Source of the DNA: an uncultured delta proteobacterium
GTDB taxonomy: Bacteria; Desulfobacterota; Desulfobacteria; Desulfobacterales; QNYZ01
NCBI GenBank assembly: GCA_963845145.1
Contig: CAWJQU010000008.1
Location: forward strand, 64,001-128,000
Length of the DNA: 64,000 nucleotides
Direction of reading: 5' to 3'
Under the pieces are notes generated by a model, which had not been told where the DNA came from, did not search any database, and worked only from the letters and a program-made list of their open reading frames with translations. The position numbers and the translations under genes were made by a program. Below, one piece after another: positions 50,299 to 63,593 of the stretch (the first letter of the stretch is position 1; every line of letters begins with the position of its first letter).

Positions 50299-51042
50299 TC
50301 ATGGCGTCAAGCAATCCAGTTCTCTGTTCAGTCTGGCGATGTGCCCCTCATCAGCAAAACTAAAATAACGTTTGTCCCCGACGACCAGGTGATCATGTAA
50401 AACGATGTCCATCACTCGGCAGGCAAAAATCAGCCGACGCGTGATCGCCATATCATCATCCGATGGCTGGGGATCTCCCGAAGGATGATTGTGCGCCAAA
50501 ATCAATGCGGCCGCATGATAACCTAAAGCCGCCCGTACCACTTCTCGGGGATAAATCGAACTGGCCGTTAAAGTCCCTTTAAATATTATTCTGCTGGCTA
50601 TTGCCCGGTTCTTCGCGTCCAGAAATACGGCCATGACACATTCGACAGGTTGCCCACCAAGAGATGCGTCCAGGTAATCGTATAGCACCCTTGAATTGCT
50701 TAAGGGCTCCGCCCCGATGACCTTTTCCTCCAGGTACCGATCCAAAACAGCCTTTATGAGGCGCAAGCCGAGAATATTCCGTGGGCCGAGGCCCTTTATT
50801 TCCACTAACTCACCGGGCGCCGCCTCCATCACCCCGCGAAAAGTTTTGAACCGGTCAAGCGCTGCCTTCGCGGCATCTTTGCAATCTCTGCGCGGCGTGG
50901 CAAGTGTGAGCAGCAACTCGATCACTTCATAGTCGTGAAAACCATCGAGCCCACTCTTTAAAAATCGCTCTCGCAATCGCCGGCGGTGTCCTTCGCCTTT
51001 GGGCTGGTCTGGGCTTTGTCTTTCAGACGGCATCAAGTTCAT
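50299..51042 (-). CDS. radC: RadC/JAB-domain protein
   Basis: GHRRRLRERF, YPREVV, AHNHPSGDPQPSDDD, HDHLVVG. Confidence 0.93.
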   Translation of the reverse strand: MNLMPSERQSPDQPKGEGHRRRLRERFLKSGLDGFHDYEVIELLLTLATPRRDCKDAAKAALDRFKTFRGVMEAAPGELVEIKGLGPRNILGLRLIKAVLDRYLEEKVIGAEPLSNSRVLYDYLDASLGGQPVECVMAVFLDAKNRAIASRIIFKGTLTASSIYPREVVRAALGYHAAALILAHNHPSGDPQPSDDDMAITRRLIFACRVMDIVLHDHLVVGDKRYFSFADEGHIARLNRELDCLTP

Positions 51043-52054
51043 ATTTTAAATCACGCGTCATTAGCGCAAAGAGGCCTTCACGGGGAGGCATTTCTTCATA
51101 TAACACCCGGTAGACGGCATGGCAGATGGGCATCTCCACACCTAATTTGAGTGAAAGATTGTACACCGATTTAGCCGTTTTCACCCCTTCGGCGACCATT
51201 TGCATATCCGCTAAAATATCCGCCAATCGTTCACCCTGCCCGATGCGTTTACCGACGGTATGGTTCCGGCTTGTGTCGCCGGTGCACGTCAGCACCAGAT
51301 CGCCGATACCGGCCAGACCCGTGAAGGTTCTCGGCTGTGCGCCCATGTGAAGCCCCAAACGTCGAATTTCGGTTTGCCCGCGAGTGATCAGGGCTGCTCG
51401 TGTATTTAGCCCCAGCCCGAGGCCATCAATGGCCCCCGCCGCAATGGCGATGACATTTTTAACCGCTCCACCCAGTTCCACGCCCACCATGTCATCAATC
51501 GTATAAACCCGGAAAAAAGAGGTGGCCAACGCTTGTTGCACAAAATCGGCCGTGGGTTTGTGTATGGATGCTACGGTGATGGCCGTGGGGATTTTTCGAG
51601 CGACTTCATTGGCGAAACTCGGTCCGGATAAAACCCCGATTCGGTCCGGCAACACGGTAAGCAGGGTTTCCCCCATGATCCCGGTCATGGTTAAATGCGT
51701 TTCGTTTTCGATTCCCTTGGAAGCTGAAACGACAATCGTATGGGGCGAAAGATGTTCGCTCAATTGTTTTGTGACTTGCCGCATCACATGTGAGGGCACG
51801 ACCACCAGGACCAGGTCTTTACCCTTTACGGCCGTGACGATATCGTTGGTGGCGGTAAGGTTGTTGGATAACGTCACTCCCGGTAGAAAGGTCCGGTTTT
51901 CCTGGAGGGTTTCAATCTGTGATTTGACTTCAGGTTCAAATACCCAAAGATCCACAGCATGCCCTTTACCGCCGGCCAGATGGGCCAGGGCCGTTCCCCA
52001 ACTGCCGCCTCCGATAACACCGACCTTTAATCGATTATTGATAGTATGCGCCAT
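51023..52054 (-). CDS. gpsA: NAD(P)H-dependent glycerol-3-phosphate dehydrogenase
   Basis: GGGSWGTAL, SKGIE, SGPSFA, GGAVKNVIA, GDLVLTC..SRN. Confidence 0.96.
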   Translation of the reverse strand: MAHTINNRLKVGVIGGGSWGTALAHLAGGKGHAVDLWVFEPEVKSQIETLQENRTFLPGVTLSNNLTATNDIVTAVKGKDLVLVVVPSHVMRQVTKQLSEHLSPHTIVVSASKGIENETHLTMTGIMGETLLTVLPDRIGVLSGPSFANEVARKIPTAITVASIHKPTADFVQQALATSFFRVYTIDDMVGVELGGAVKNVIAIAAGAIDGLGLGLNTRAALITRGQTEIRRLGLHMGAQPRTFTGLAGIGDLVLTCTGDTSRNHTVGKRIGQGERLADILADMQMVAEGVKTAKSVYNLSLKLGVEMPICHAVYRVLYEEMPPREGLFALMTRDLKYELDAV

Positions 52055-52067
52055 GGGTTCCTTTGTG

Positions 52068-54494
52068 CTATTTCTCTTTTTCAGCCAAACAAACCGCACT
52101 GACCACGTGCTCATCGGATGCCATTCCCATGAGCTTTACCCCTTGCGTGTTTCGACTGATCACATTGACACCCTTGATGGGCATACGGATAATCTTGCCA
52201 CTATCGGTCATCAGCATCAGGTCATCGTCTTCGCCGACCAGCACGATGGCGACGACGTTGCCGTTGCGGTCGCTGGTTTTTATGGTAATCACACCCTTGC
52301 CACCGCGTTTTTGCACGGGGTATTCATCGATGGAGGTCCGTTTACCGAACCCGTTTTCCGTAACCGTGAACAGCGTCTGCCCATAGCTTAGGACTTCCAT
52401 GGCCACCATACGATCCCCTTTGCTCAACCGCATGCCACGCACTCCCTGGGAAACGCGCCCCTGGGACCGGACATCCGACTCATGAAACCGGATCGATTTG
52501 CCATTGGCGGCACCTAGAAATACATTGTATGTACCGTCGGTAAGCCTGGCCGCAATAAGTTCATCATCTGCGGTTAATTTCAAGGCGATGATACCACCCG
52601 CCCGGGGTCGACTGTACTCCATCAGTTCGGTTTTTTTCACCTGGCCGTTTTTAGTCGCCATGAGGATATGGTGCCCCGGCGTAAATTCTTTGACGGCCAA
52701 AACCGTCGTGAGCCGCTCATCATTATCAAAATTGAGTAAGTTCACCACCGCCTTGCCCCGGCTCATTCTGCCGGCCTGGGGGATTTCGTAAACTTTGCAC
52801 CAGTATACCATCCCCTTATTGGTAAAAAAGAGAAACGTATGATGGGTGGATGCAACAAAGAGGCGTTCTACAAAATCGGCTTCTTTGGTACCCATGCCGG
52901 TCTTGCCTTTACCGCCTCGCTGCTGACTGCGGTACAGTGTGATGGGAGCCCGTTTGATATATCCGCTCTTGGAGATCGTCACGACCATGTCCTCTTCCAC
53001 GATCATGTCTTCTAATGTTATCTCCTTGGTTTCTTCGACGATTTGGGTCATCCGGCTATCGCCGTAATTTTCCAGGATTTCTCCGAGTTCCTCTTTAATG
53101 ATATTGAGCACCAAGCGTTCATTGGCCAAAATCTCTCTGTAACGAGCAATATCCTTTAAAATCTGCACATATTCTTCCACAATTTTTTCACGCTCCAGGC
53201 CGGTCAGGCGCTGGAGGCGCATGTCCAAAATGGCCTGGGCTTGGATAGCTGACAGGGAGAAGGTGGCTATCAGGCTTTTTTTGGCCTCTTGGGGGTTTGG
53301 TGATCTGCGAATCAGGGCCACAACCTCGTCCAGATTGTCCAGGGCAATTTTAAGCCCTTCCAGAATATGGGCCCGCTCTTCGGCCCTACGCAGATCGTAG
53401 CGCGTACGGCGCAGAATAATCTCTTTTCTATGCGCAATGAAATGAGAGAGGATCTCTTTTAGATTCATCAATTCCGGACGATTCTTGACAACGGCCAGAA
53501 AAATAATCCCGAAACTGATTGCCATCCGTGTATGCTTATACAATTGATTGACGATGACCTGGGCAAATTGATCCTTTTTCAACCCGATGGCCATGCGCAT
53601 CCCGTCACGATCCGACTCGTCCCGGACATAGCGGACCCCTTCGATTTGCTTGTGCCGGACCAGCTCCGCAATTTTAGCTACCAGGGTGGCTTTGTTGACC
53701 ATGTAGGGCAACTCGGTAACCACAATCGTTTCCCGATTGGTACGTTTGTCTTTTTCCACCATTACCCGGGCCCTCAAACGGATGACGCCCTTACCGGTAT
53801 TGTAGGCGTCGTGAATTCCCTGGGCCCCGTAAATAATACCTCCGGAGGGAAAATCCGGGCCGGGGATCAACTGTGTCAATTCCTGAATAGTGATTTCCGG
53901 CCGATCAATCAGGGCGATAAGGGCACTGACAACTTCGGTCAAGTTGTGGGGAGGGATATTGGTAGCCATTCCCACGGCAATCCCGGAGGATCCGTTAATC
54001 AACAAAGCAGGAACTTTGGCCGGCATGACGACCGGTTCCATTAAAGACTCATCGTAATTGGGGGCTAAATCGACGGTTTCTTTGTCCAGGTCTTCAAGCA
54101 TTTCATGGGCCAGGCGGGTCATGCGGACCTCGGTGTACCGCATGGCGGCGGCCGAATCACCGTCGATGGATCCAAAGTTCCCTTGACCATCTACAAAGGG
54201 ATATCGCAAAGAAAAATCTTGAGACATGCGTACGATGGTGTCGTAAACCGCGCTATCCCCATGGGGATGGTACTTACCAATGACATCACCGACGACACGA
54301 GCTGATTTTTTATACGCTTTGTTCCAATCGTTTTTAAGCTCACGCATGGCGAAAAGAATCCGGCGATGGACCGGCTTGAGGCCATCGCGAACATCCGGTA
54401 AGGCCCGCCCGATGATCACACTCATGGCGTAATCAAGGTACGAGCGTTTCATTTCGCTTTCGATACTGACTTCCGGGGTGTGCTCCTTCTCCAT
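52068..54494 (-). CDS. gyrA: DNA gyrase subunit A
   Basis: [22 protein letters not shown], GyrA box QQRGGKG. Confidence 0.98.
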   Translation of the reverse strand: MEKEHTPEVSIESEMKRSYLDYAMSVIIGRALPDVRDGLKPVHRRILFAMRELKNDWNKAYKKSARVVGDVIGKYHPHGDSAVYDTIVRMSQDFSLRYPFVDGQGNFGSIDGDSAAAMRYTEVRMTRLAHEMLEDLDKETVDLAPNYDESLMEPVVMPAKVPALLINGSSGIAVGMATNIPPHNLTEVVSALIALIDRPEITIQELTQLIPGPDFPSGGIIYGAQGIHDAYNTGKGVIRLRARVMVEKDKRTNRETIVVTELPYMVNKATLVAKIAELVRHKQIEGVRYVRDESDRDGMRMAIGLKKDQFAQVIVNQLYKHTRMAISFGIIFLAVVKNRPELMNLKEILSHFIAHRKEIILRRTRYDLRRAEERAHILEGLKIALDNLDEVVALIRRSPNPQEAKKSLIATFSLSAIQAQAILDMRLQRLTGLEREKIVEEYVQILKDIARYREILANERLVLNIIKEELGEILENYGDSRMTQIVEETKEITLEDMIVEEDMVVTISKSGYIKRAPITLYRSQQRGGKGKTGMGTKEADFVERLFVASTHHTFLFFTNKGMVYWCKVYEIPQAGRMSRGKAVVNLLNFDNDERLTTVLAVKEFTPGHHILMATKNGQVKKTELMEYSRPRAGGIIALKLTADDELIAARLTDGTYNVFLGAANGKSIRFHESDVRSQGRVSQGVRGMRLSKGDRMVAMEVLSYGQTLFTVTENGFGKRTSIDEYPVQKRGGKGVITIKTSDRNGNVVAIVLVGEDDDLMLMTDSGKIIRMPIKGVNVISRNTQGVKLMGMASDEHVVSAVCLAEKEK

Positions 54495-54511
54495 ATTAAC
54501 AAAACCTTCCC

Positions 54512-55573
54512 TTAGATCTGATCCTGATAACTAACCCGATAGATGTCGGCCAGGGTCAAAAAAGCGGTTACAATCAGGGGTCCGTAAATGATTCCTAAAA
54601 TACCGAATAATTTCAATCCCCCCATGATGGACAGAAATACCATCACCGTATGCATGCGGACCTGACGTCCGACAAGTTTGGGCTTAAGTATATATTCAAC
54701 CCCGCCCGAAACCACGATATAAAAAAAGATAAAAAAAATACCGGCGGCAATACGTCCCTTTAAAAGCAAATAAACCACCGCCGGTATAAATACCATGCCA
54801 ATGCCCAAAATCGGTAAAAAGGCCAAAAGGGCCATGATGACGCCCCACATCAATGGTGATTTTAGACCGAAAAAATAGAACAAAAAACCGCCCAAAAATC
54901 CTTGGGTCATTCCGGCCAGCCCGTTTCCTACCAGAATTGCACCCGCCATGTCCTTAAACTTGCCGATTAAAATTTCTTCCTGTTCCTGGGGAAGCGGGGA
55001 CAGATCGATCAAAAAAGAGACCAACTTATGGCCATCGATCAACAAAAAATAAGTCACCATCAACATGAAAAAAAAGTACGCCAAAAAACTTAAGACATTT
55101 GATGCGATGGTGCTCGCCTGTTGATAAACAAACAGCCCTATTTGCTTTCCCAATTCCGACAAGGCGCGATTTATTTCCATTCCGGACAATTCGATATTCA
55201 CATGCGCAAGCAGTGGATTGATCCTATCGAGAAGATGGCTGGCCTTAAGCAGCGATTTTACCTGATCACTGATCACGGTATCCCGCCCCATCTGGTAGAG
55301 GCCGTAGGCCTCGGTCGATAATATCCCCACCAAAAGCACAATGGGGATGAAGAGAATGATAAATATGATCGCACAGGTTAAAACGGAGGCCGCCGAACGT
55401 CGCATTCGGCGGCTTAACCATCGATATAGGGGCCGAAATATACCGGTTACCACCATGGCCATAATGATTACCGACATAAATGGCCAAAGCAGCCAGCCCA
55501 GCACAACAACAGACCCCAGGAAGAGAATCAGGAAAAACCAGAAGATGGCATCATGATGGACGGGCCGTTCCAT
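54512..55573 (-). CDS. AI-2E family transporter
   Basis: [33 protein letters not shown]. Confidence 0.9.
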   Translation of the reverse strand: MERPVHHDAIFWFFLILFLGSVVVLGWLLWPFMSVIIMAMVVTGIFRPLYRWLSRRMRRSAASVLTCAIIFIILFIPIVLLVGILSTEAYGLYQMGRDTVISDQVKSLLKASHLLDRINPLLAHVNIELSGMEINRALSELGKQIGLFVYQQASTIASNVLSFLAYFFFMLMVTYFLLIDGHKLVSFLIDLSPLPQEQEEILIGKFKDMAGAILVGNGLAGMTQGFLGGFLFYFFGLKSPLMWGVIMALLAFLPILGIGMVFIPAVVYLLLKGRIAAGIFFIFFYIVVSGGVEYILKPKLVGRQVRMHTVMVFLSIMGGLKLFGILGIIYGPLIVTAFLTLADIYRVSYQDQI

Positions 55574-56239
55574 ATTTTTTCCTTTGTAAAACCCACACCA
55601 CCCAATTCAAGGCGAATCGATATCCCAAAGGCCTTCCGGTACAAATATAACATCGCTTTGCGCGGTTCTATTTGGCAACAACAGCACCTGCAATGAGCAG
55701 CAAAACAATTTCATAAATGAACATAACGGCTGTGCTGTCAAAAAGGGCATAGATGATGCCACCACCGATGATGGCCGGCACGCCAAAAAAAACCAGGGTC
55801 CCCAGTTTCCTGGAAATATCCATTGATTCGTCTCCTTGCAAAAAGCGTGATTATCTTTCGTGATTATCTTTAAAAAAGGCGTGACCATTTACAACCCGCC
55901 TCAGGGTCAAAAGCCACGCTTACGTTTCCGGGAATCTCGCCTCCGGAGAACAAGACCGGAACCGATTTAATCCTATATTATTAGCACACGCGGCCTTAAT
56001 ACGTCAATGTGTTTACCGGATAGAAATCAAGACTTTTCTTGTTTTCACAATCGGATCTTCATATGATATCATTATAATATTTATCGCGACCCAATACGAG
56101 CCGGATTGGTTAAACCGGATGGGCCAAAATGGATTTTCCGGCGTGCAAAAAATGATAGAATATGCCGTCTTAACGACAATCCACATGATTCGATATTGGA
56201 TATGATGGTTTCATTAACTTTAGAAAAAGGAGCGCTCAA

Positions 56240-56500
56240 ATGACACACCAGCACGAAAACGATCATCACCACCATCACCATTCCGGCCAGGCAGAGCAAT
56301 CTTTGGGATTTACGGAAAAAATGGATAAGTTGCTGGCCCACTGGATCCATCATAATGAAGACCATGCGTCAAACTATAAAGAGTGGGCCCAACGTGCGAC
56401 CGATGAAAATCAAGGTGAAATAGCTGCGAAACTTGAAGAGGCAGCCCGCCTCACCGATCAAATCACCCAGGTATTTAAAACGGCGCAAAAAATATTATAA
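56240..56500 (+). CDS. Small His-rich putative metal-binding protein
   Basis: HHHHHH run and HWIHHNEDHA; AAGGAG SD. Confidence 0.75.
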   Translation: MTHQHENDHHHHHHSGQAEQSLGFTEKMDKLLAHWIHHNEDHASNYKEWAQRATDENQGEIAAKLEEAARLTDQITQVFKTAQKIL

Positions 56501-56583
56501 CACCGAGCCAATTTCAAAAAGTCCCAGTTTACCGCAGGACCAATCAATTAATGTCCCACCTTTAAGATGATCCGAAGATCATC

Positions 56584-57141
56584 TTAAAGGACGGGCAGAC
56601 GGTCACGGGGAGTATCGGCTAAGGTAGCGAAATGTGCATCTTTATCTGAGATAATCGGTGCGGTCACCGGCCAGTCGATGTCGATGGCGGGATCGGACCA
56701 TAAAATGCCACCTTCGTCGGCGGGGGAATAGTAATCGGAGCACTTATACAAAAAATGGGCTGTTTCGCTCAACACACAGAAGCCATGGGCAAATCCGGCC
56801 GGAACAAAAAGTTGGTGCTTGTTTTCGCCGGATAAATGCACGCCGAGCCACTGGCCGAAAGTGGGCGATCCAGGTCGAATATCCACAGCCACATCATAAA
56901 TCTCACCGGTAATAACTTGAACCAACTTGGCCTGGGGCCGGGAAACCTGGTAATGTAACCCACGCAAGGTATTTCGCACCGAAAACGAGAGATTATCCTG
57001 AACGAAATCGCATGCAATTCCGGCCTCGCGGTAGCGTTCGCCTTGGTAAGTTTCCATGAAAAAGCCCCGATGATCGCCGAATACATCCGGTTTAACAATC
57101 ACCACATTGTCCAACTTGGCGGGTACGACTTCCATATACAC
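56584..57141 (-). CDS. rfbC: dTDP-4-dehydrorhamnose 3,5-epimerase
   Basis: DHRGFFMETY, QDNLS, LRGLHYQ, GFAHGF, YKC. Confidence 0.95.
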   Translation of the reverse strand: MYMEVVPAKLDNVVIVKPDVFGDHRGFFMETYQGERYREAGIACDFVQDNLSFSVRNTLRGLHYQVSRPQAKLVQVITGEIYDVAVDIRPGSPTFGQWLGVHLSGENKHQLFVPAGFAHGFCVLSETAHFLYKCSDYYSPADEGGILWSDPAIDIDWPVTAPIISDKDAHFATLADTPRDRLPVL

Positions 57142-57246
57142 TCCTCATTTTGTATGGGTTGGTTCTTATTTTTTCGCCCTATAACATTTTATATCCCGAC
57201 CCGGCAATAATGTTTGACATCCAAACGACCCTTATTATAGTTAGCC

Positions 57247-58046
57247 ATGCAAATGGATTTTGATCAAATCAATCGCGTGGGTACCGCTGCCATCTATGCG
57301 GCCGGGAAGGTCCTTAAAAAATACTTCGACGGTCGCAATCGGGTTGATAAAAAAGGCAAGATCGACCTGGTAACCGAAGCGGATGTGGCGGCAGAAAGTA
57401 AAATTATCGCAACCATTCGTGGTTTTTTTCCCGACCACTCGATTGTAGCTGAGGAGAGCGGTGCTTCTGACGGACAAGAAGCGTATCAATGGATCATCGA
57501 CCCTCTGGACGGGACCACAAATTTTGCCCACCGGCTGCCCCATTATGCCGTTTCCATCGCATTTGCCGAAAAGGGTGAAACCGCCATGGGTATGGTTCTG
57601 AATCCGGTCAATGGCGAATTGTTTACGGCCAACCGTGGCCAGGGAGCGTACTTGAACCATCAAAAGATCCGGGTTTCGGAAACCGAACCACTCATTGATG
57701 CCCTGCTGGCCACCGGGTTCCCTTATGACACCCGGCCGATTTTCAACCCGATGATGGATCGTTTTGCTGCTTGTTTGAAGGCCACCCAGGGCATTCGGCG
57801 ACTGGGTTCGGCGGCCCTCGATTTATGCTATGTGGCCTGTGGCCGGTATGATGGTTTCTGGGAGCAGAATTTGAGCCCCTGGGATACGGCCGGCGGCGCT
57901 TTGATCGTTTCCGAGGCCGGTGGAAAAGTGACTGATTTTAAAGGGAGGCACATCTTCCGGAAAAAAAACAAATCCTGGCCACAAATGCGAAGATTCACAA
58001 AGGAATGCTAAACCTACTAAATATGCGGAGATCCGATGAAACATAA
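57247..58046 (+). CDS. suhB: Inositol monophosphatase family protein with a -1 frameshift near 57943
   Basis: DLVTEAD, WIIDPLDGTTNF, GSAALDL, WDTAGG; C-terminus QILATNAKIH in a shifted frame, ending at TAA 58046. Confidence 0.88.
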
Positions 58047-58233
58047 AGATATTTTTGAACGTGGTATTGATTTCGACCGGGAATGTTTGGGACAATTTGA
58101 CATGGATAACCCGGTTTGCACGACCCAATGCGTACTTCGTCTGCGGTGTGCCGTGGCGAAGGAAAGGATGGCGCGCATAGCACTAATCGAAGAGTTGACG
58201 GCCGATATGAATTCGCCACTTACCATTCAGTAA
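58036..58233 (+). CDS. Small Cys-containing hypothetical protein
   Basis: GGAG SD; CLGQF..CTTQCVLRLRC; overlaps the corrected suhB end. Confidence 0.55.
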   Translation: MKHKDIFERGIDFDRECLGQFDMDNPVCTTQCVLRLRCAVAKERMARIALIEELTADMNSPLTIQ

Positions 58234-58351
58234 TTGACGCGGCCAGGATAAACCAATCAGGATAACCCGAGCAAGATAACCCGTGTCAAACGTCATTGGT
58301 AGAGAAAACCCCCTATCGCCAGCCTGAAAACATCCCTTTGGGCCCATATAA

Positions 58352-58385
58352 AAACGCCGTCGAGGCAATGCCTTCGACGGCGTTT
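58352..58385. terminator. Bidirectional intrinsic terminator
   Basis: AAACGCCGTCGA...TCGACGGCGTTT between convergent genes. Confidence 0.75.
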
Positions 58386-58425
58386 GTTTTATCCTGAGTT
58401 AGAACGTTCTGAGCCCAATCGGTTT

Positions 58426-59785
58426 TTAAAACATTCCCGACTCAATTTTTTTGGTTAAAATTGCCACTTGTTTTTTAATATCATACTCATGGCGCATCGC
58501 TTTTTCGATGGTCCCCACGGCGTGAATTACCGTGGCATGATACCGGTTAAAACTGCGGCCGATGGTCTGTAACGGAGAATCGGTATGAGTCCGGGCCAGG
58601 TACATGGCTATTTGGCGCGGTTTTACCACCCGTTGTTTCCGCGATTTGGAAACCAGTTCCCTTAAGGTCACCTGGTACTCTTTGGATACCAGCTTTTTTA
58701 TCGCATCTACCGTTACCTGTTTGCGCTGGCGGGCGATGATATCGACCACGTTTTCGGCCAGGTTGAGCGTCACCGGTTCGCTCATCAATGAAGATCGGGT
58801 AAAAACCCCCATCAATCCGCTTTCCAGCTGACGAACATCCTCGGTCAGCTCGCTGGCAAGATATTGTAGGATCTCTTTGGATATTCGTAACTTTCGTGTG
58901 GTTGCCTTCTTTTTTAAAATTCTCACGCGGGTATTAAAGTCAGGTGGATCGATCCCGGAAATCAGACCGCTTTGCAACCTGGAGCGAAGCTCGGAATTTA
59001 ATTTGGGAATGTCACCGGGCGCATAGCAACTGGAGCAGATGACCGTTTTACCCATATCGTTTAACATATCCAGCATATGCGCCAACTCGATTTGGGTGCG
59101 TTCTTTTCCGCTTAAGTATTGGATGTCCTCTAAGATAAGAACATCGCAACCGTTTCGATATTTACTTTTGAACCGTTCCAACCCCCCATGCCGAAAGGCG
59201 CTGACCAATTCGTTGGTAAAATCTTCGGCCGTTATATAGTAAACTTTTTCGTTGGGAAATTCCGAGAGAACATGATGGCCGATCGCATGGGAAAGATGGC
59301 TTTTGCCCATGCCTGTTTTAGACATGAGCAGCAAAGTACTTTGCGGCTTGCTTTTGCCTAGATGCAAAGGCAAGGGACGCCGAAAAAGCAAAATCGCTGT
59401 TACCACCCACCACGAATTGGTCAAAGGTAAAATCCCGTCTTAAATAGCGACCGCTGTGAACACGCACGTTCATGTTGGGAATACCGACCTGGATCGGTCT
59501 TTTATTCTCTTTGACCGCCAGCGTAGAACTTGAGGGGACGCTGGGTGATACTTCCCACAAAAGTTCACAGGGTTCTTCTGTGAAACGGTTGAATTCCGTG
59601 CGAATCAAATCATGATAGTTTTCCTGAATGCGTTTTTTGGAAAATGAATTCACGCAGGTTAAAACCATCCGCCCGTTTTTATCGCCGTTACATCTTACCG
59701 GTTCGATCCAAAGGTGGTAGGCCTGAGGGGCCATGCGTTCCTTTAAATTAGCCTTTACCTGTTCCCAAACTGCTTCCATAGACAA
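58426..59785 (-). CDS. dnaA: DnaA family replication initiator with a +1 frameshift near 59350
   Basis: Domain I WEQVK..LWIEP, FTFDQFVVG; shifted SKTGMGKSHL, LEDIQYL, VRQLESG, PRQIAMYL, HATVIHA. Confidence 0.9.
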
Positions 59786-60256
59786 CCCAATCTCATTCCA
59801 AATAGCAAGTCGGCAAAGGAGCGACTTAACAGAAATTTTTGATAAAAACTAGCGAAATTTTACGGTTTGGTTTGAATCCAATTGAAAAAATCCGATGTTT
59901 TTGAGGTGGACCGGTTTTAAGGGATTCTCTTTTTGAAGTCAACCTTGATAAAAGGCGTTTTTTTTACATCGTCCAAACAAGATATGAACAATTCATAACT
60001 TTTTGAATTATAAAGGTTAAACGTATTACAAATTATCAACTTCTTAATAATACACCATTTTTTTCGTGGATCATTTTGTCAGCTATTATAAAGATTTCCG
60101 TTTATTGCGATCAGTTTTAAACAATATTTGCTATCTCTTATTTTCTTCGTTTTTCTCTCAATTGCTCAGATTTTCAAAAACTTTTTTCCTTTTTGGGATT
60201 GTCTTTAAAAACTAAACCCGGTTTACAAAAAGCATGCCGATCGGTAAGATATTCCA

Positions 60257-63070
60257 ATGGATACCGAAACGATTATTATACGGGGCGCCCGGCAGCATAA
60301 CCTGAAAAACATCGACGTCGACTTGCCGCGCAACCGACTGGTCGTCTTGAGCGGGCTTTCCGGATCCGGTAAATCGACGCTGGCTTTTGACACCCTCTAC
60401 GCTGAAGGTCAACGCCGATATGTCGAATCGCTTTCCACCTATGCGCGTCAATTTTTGGAGCGACTGGACAAGCCGGATGTCGACTTGATCGAAGGATTAT
60501 CGCCGGCCATCGCCATTGAACAGAAGGCGGCTGGCCATAACCCCCGGTCCACCGTGGGTACGGTAACGGAAGTCTACGATTATCTGCGTTTGTTATACGC
60601 CCGGATCGGCCTGCGCCATTGTCCCCAATGCGCCCTTCCCGTTTTTTCGCAAAGTCTCGATCAAATGCTTGAACGGATCAATGCCCTGCAAGACGGGACG
60701 CGAATCATTATCCTGGCACCAGTGGTTGCCGGAGAAAAAGGAGATCACCAGGATTGGCTAAAGCGGATTCGCAAGCAGGGGTTTGCGCGGGTCCGTATTG
60801 ATGGACACCACCATGAAATTGATGACGTACCGCGCCTTAAAAAAAATCAGCGCCACAACATCGATGTGGTTATCGACCGTTTGATCGTTAAACCAAACAT
60901 GACCAATCGCCTCGCCGATTCTTTGGAATTGGCGCTGGCCCAGGGACATGGCCAAGCGATCGTGGACGTGGCCCAGGAAGACCCGCTCATCTTTAGCGAA
61001 AAAGCCATCTGCCACTCCTGCGGAATGGCCCTTTCCGATTTGAGCCCGGCCAGTTTCTCCTTTAATTCGCCCCAGGGGGCATGCGCCGCCTGTGATGGTA
61101 TCGGAGCCACTACGGAATTCGATCCGCATCTGATTGTTCCCAATCCCACCCTTTCACTTCGCGACGGGGCGGTGGTAATCTGGGCCAATCGGCATTCGGT
61201 TTATTTCACCGAATTTCTGGAAACCCTGACGACCTATTACCAGGAAGACATCTATACCCCTTACCAGGAGTTGTCCGACCGCTTCAAACAAGTTCTCCTT
61301 TATGGATCAGGTGATCAAAAAGTTCCCTTTTATACCATGCAAAGCGGCCGCCGCCACCTGGCTCCCAAACCCTTTGAAGGTATCATTCCCAATTTAAAGC
61401 GACGTTACCACCAAAACCAATCAACCCAGGCCCGCAAAGAGGCCAAGCAATACATGACGTTTGCATCCTGTCCCGTCTGCGAAGGTACGCGCCTTAACCC
61501 GCTTAGCCGCGCCGTGACAGTCGGCAAGGCCCCCATTCAAAAAATCACCGCCATGCCGATCAGTAAAGTCCAGTCCTTTTTACAGACGCTAAGTCTCGGC
61601 GACAAGCAAATGACCATCGCCGACCGTATTTTAAACGCCATTTATCATCGCCTCGCGTTTTTGAATAATGTCGGCTTGGGCTACCTGACCCTGGACCGAC
61701 CGGCCGACACCCTCTCCGGCGGAGAAAACCAGCGGATACGGTTAGCCACCCAGATCGGCGCCAAATTGACCGGTGTACTCTACGTACTGGATGAGCCGAG
61801 TATCGGCCTCCACCAACGCGACAATCAACGCCTGCTCGATACCCTTGGCCATCTGCGCGATATGGGAAATACCGTTTTGGTCGTGGAACACGATGAGGAA
61901 ACCATCCGCAATGCCGATTATGTCGTGGACATGGGGCCCGGGGCCGGGATCAATGGCGGCCGGGTCGTTTTCAGCGGTTCGCCCGAAGCATTGGAAAAGA
62001 GCGATCAATCCTTGACCGGTCAATATCTTTCTGGCCGCAAACGAATCGCGGTACCATCCGCACGCAGGACGAACGCGAACCATCGCATTGTTGTTCACGG
62101 TGCCTGTGAAAACAACCTCAAACATATTGATGTCACCCTTCCCCTGGGATTACTCGTCTGCATAACCGGTGTATCCGGGGCGGGAAAATCGACGCTTTTG
62201 GTCACCACCCTTTACCGAGCCCTTCTTCAGCATTTGCACCAGGTACGGACCCCCGCCGGAAAACATGACCGCATCAGCGGCCTTGAAAATATCGATAAAG
62301 TTGTCAACATTGATCAAAGCCCCATTGGACGCACACCGCGCTCCAACCCAGTGACCTACACCGGTGCATTTACGTTTATTCGAGAACTATTCGCGCGAAC
62401 ACCTGACGCACGGGCAAGGGGATACAAGGCTGGGCGGTTCAGTTTTAATGTGAAGGGCGGCCGCTGTGAAACCTGCCGTGGCGACGGTATCGTCAAGGTT
62501 GAAATGCACTTTCTACCCAACGTCTACGTGACCTGTGATGTCTGCCAGGGCAAGCGCTACAATCGGGAAACCCTTGAAATTCTCTACAAGGGACGTGATA
62601 TTGCTCAGGTGTTGGATTTGACAGTCAACCAGTGCTTGGCCTTTATCGAAAGAATTCCGTCGCTCCGCCCAAAACTGCAGACACTGGTCGATGTCGGCTT
62701 GGGATATATGAAAATCGGCCAATCGGGGACAACCCTTTCCGGGGGCGAAGCGCAACGGATCAAACTCGCCCGCGAACTGGCAAAAAAAGAGACCGGACGA
62801 ACGGTTTATATTATGGACGAGCCCACCACCGGTCTCCACCCTCACGATATTCGACGCTTATTGAAGGTCTTAAATCGTCTGGTGGATGCCGGCAACACCG
62901 TGCTCATCATCGAACACAACCTTGATGTCATCAAAACCGCGGATCATATTATTGATCTTGGTCCGGAAGGGGGAGATGGCGGCGGGAATGTCATCACGTG
63001 CGGCCCACCGGAAAAGATCGCCGCCAATCCGGCTTCATACACAGGGCGGTATTTAAGCAAAGTGCTCTAA
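60257..63070 (+). CDS. uvrA: Excinuclease ABC subunit A
   Basis: GLSGSGKS and GVSGAGKS Walker A motifs, two LSGGE signatures, zinc-finger Cys pairs. Confidence 0.98.
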   Translation: MDTETIIIRGARQHNLKNIDVDLPRNRLVVLSGLSGSGKSTLAFDTLYAEGQRRYVESLSTYARQFLERLDKPDVDLIEGLSPAIAIEQKAAGHNPRSTVGTVTEVYDYLRLLYARIGLRHCPQCALPVFSQSLDQMLERINALQDGTRIIILAPVVAGEKGDHQDWLKRIRKQGFARVRIDGHHHEIDDVPRLKKNQRHNIDVVIDRLIVKPNMTNRLADSLELALAQGHGQAIVDVAQEDPLIFSEKAICHSCGMALSDLSPASFSFNSPQGACAACDGIGATTEFDPHLIVPNPTLSLRDGAVVIWANRHSVYFTEFLETLTTYYQEDIYTPYQELSDRFKQVLLYGSGDQKVPFYTMQSGRRHLAPKPFEGIIPNLKRRYHQNQSTQARKEAKQYMTFASCPVCEGTRLNPLSRAVTVGKAPIQKITAMPISKVQSFLQTLSLGDKQMTIADRILNAIYHRLAFLNNVGLGYLTLDRPADTLSGGENQRIRLATQIGAKLTGVLYVLDEPSIGLHQRDNQRLLDTLGHLRDMGNTVLVVEHDEETIRNADYVVDMGPGAGINGGRVVFSGSPEALEKSDQSLTGQYLSGRKRIAVPSARRTNANHRIVVHGACENNLKHIDVTLPLGLLVCITGVSGAGKSTLLVTTLYRALLQHLHQVRTPAGKHDRISGLENIDKVVNIDQSPIGRTPRSNPVTYTGAFTFIRELFARTPDARARGYKAGRFSFNVKGGRCETCRGDGIVKVEMHFLPNVYVTCDVCQGKRYNRETLEILYKGRDIAQVLDLTVNQCLAFIERIPSLRPKLQTLVDVGLGYMKIGQSGTTLSGGEAQRIKLARELAKKETGRTVYIMDEPTTGLHPHDIRRLLKVLNRLVDAGNTVLIIEHNLDVIKTADHIIDLGPEGGDGGGNVITCGPPEKIAANPASYTGRYLSKVL

Positions 63071-63145
63071 ATAGGACAAGGTTCGGGGACTATCATTGCC
63101 AAATGTTAATGATAGCAGGGGTAAGTAACAAAAAGAACGATCCAT

Positions 63146-63185
63146 AAAAAAAGGCCGTACCGGAACGATCCGATACGGCCTTTTT
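63146..63185. terminator. Bidirectional intrinsic terminator
   Basis: A-run, GGCCGTA...TACGGCC stem, T-run between uvrA and atpE. Confidence 0.8.
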
Positions 63186-63200
63186 CATTTTTCCAGCCGA

Positions 63201-63509
<309 letters not shown>

Positions 63510-63593
63510 TTATAATATGGCTTCTTCCATTAGCCCCTGCCTCCCGACAAGGGCAGGCTTCAATAAGTTAAAACGCTAAACGATTCGATTAAT

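Noticed and set aside
59786..60256. oriC next to dnaA
   Set aside because: AT-rich, but no canonical DnaA boxes found by eye
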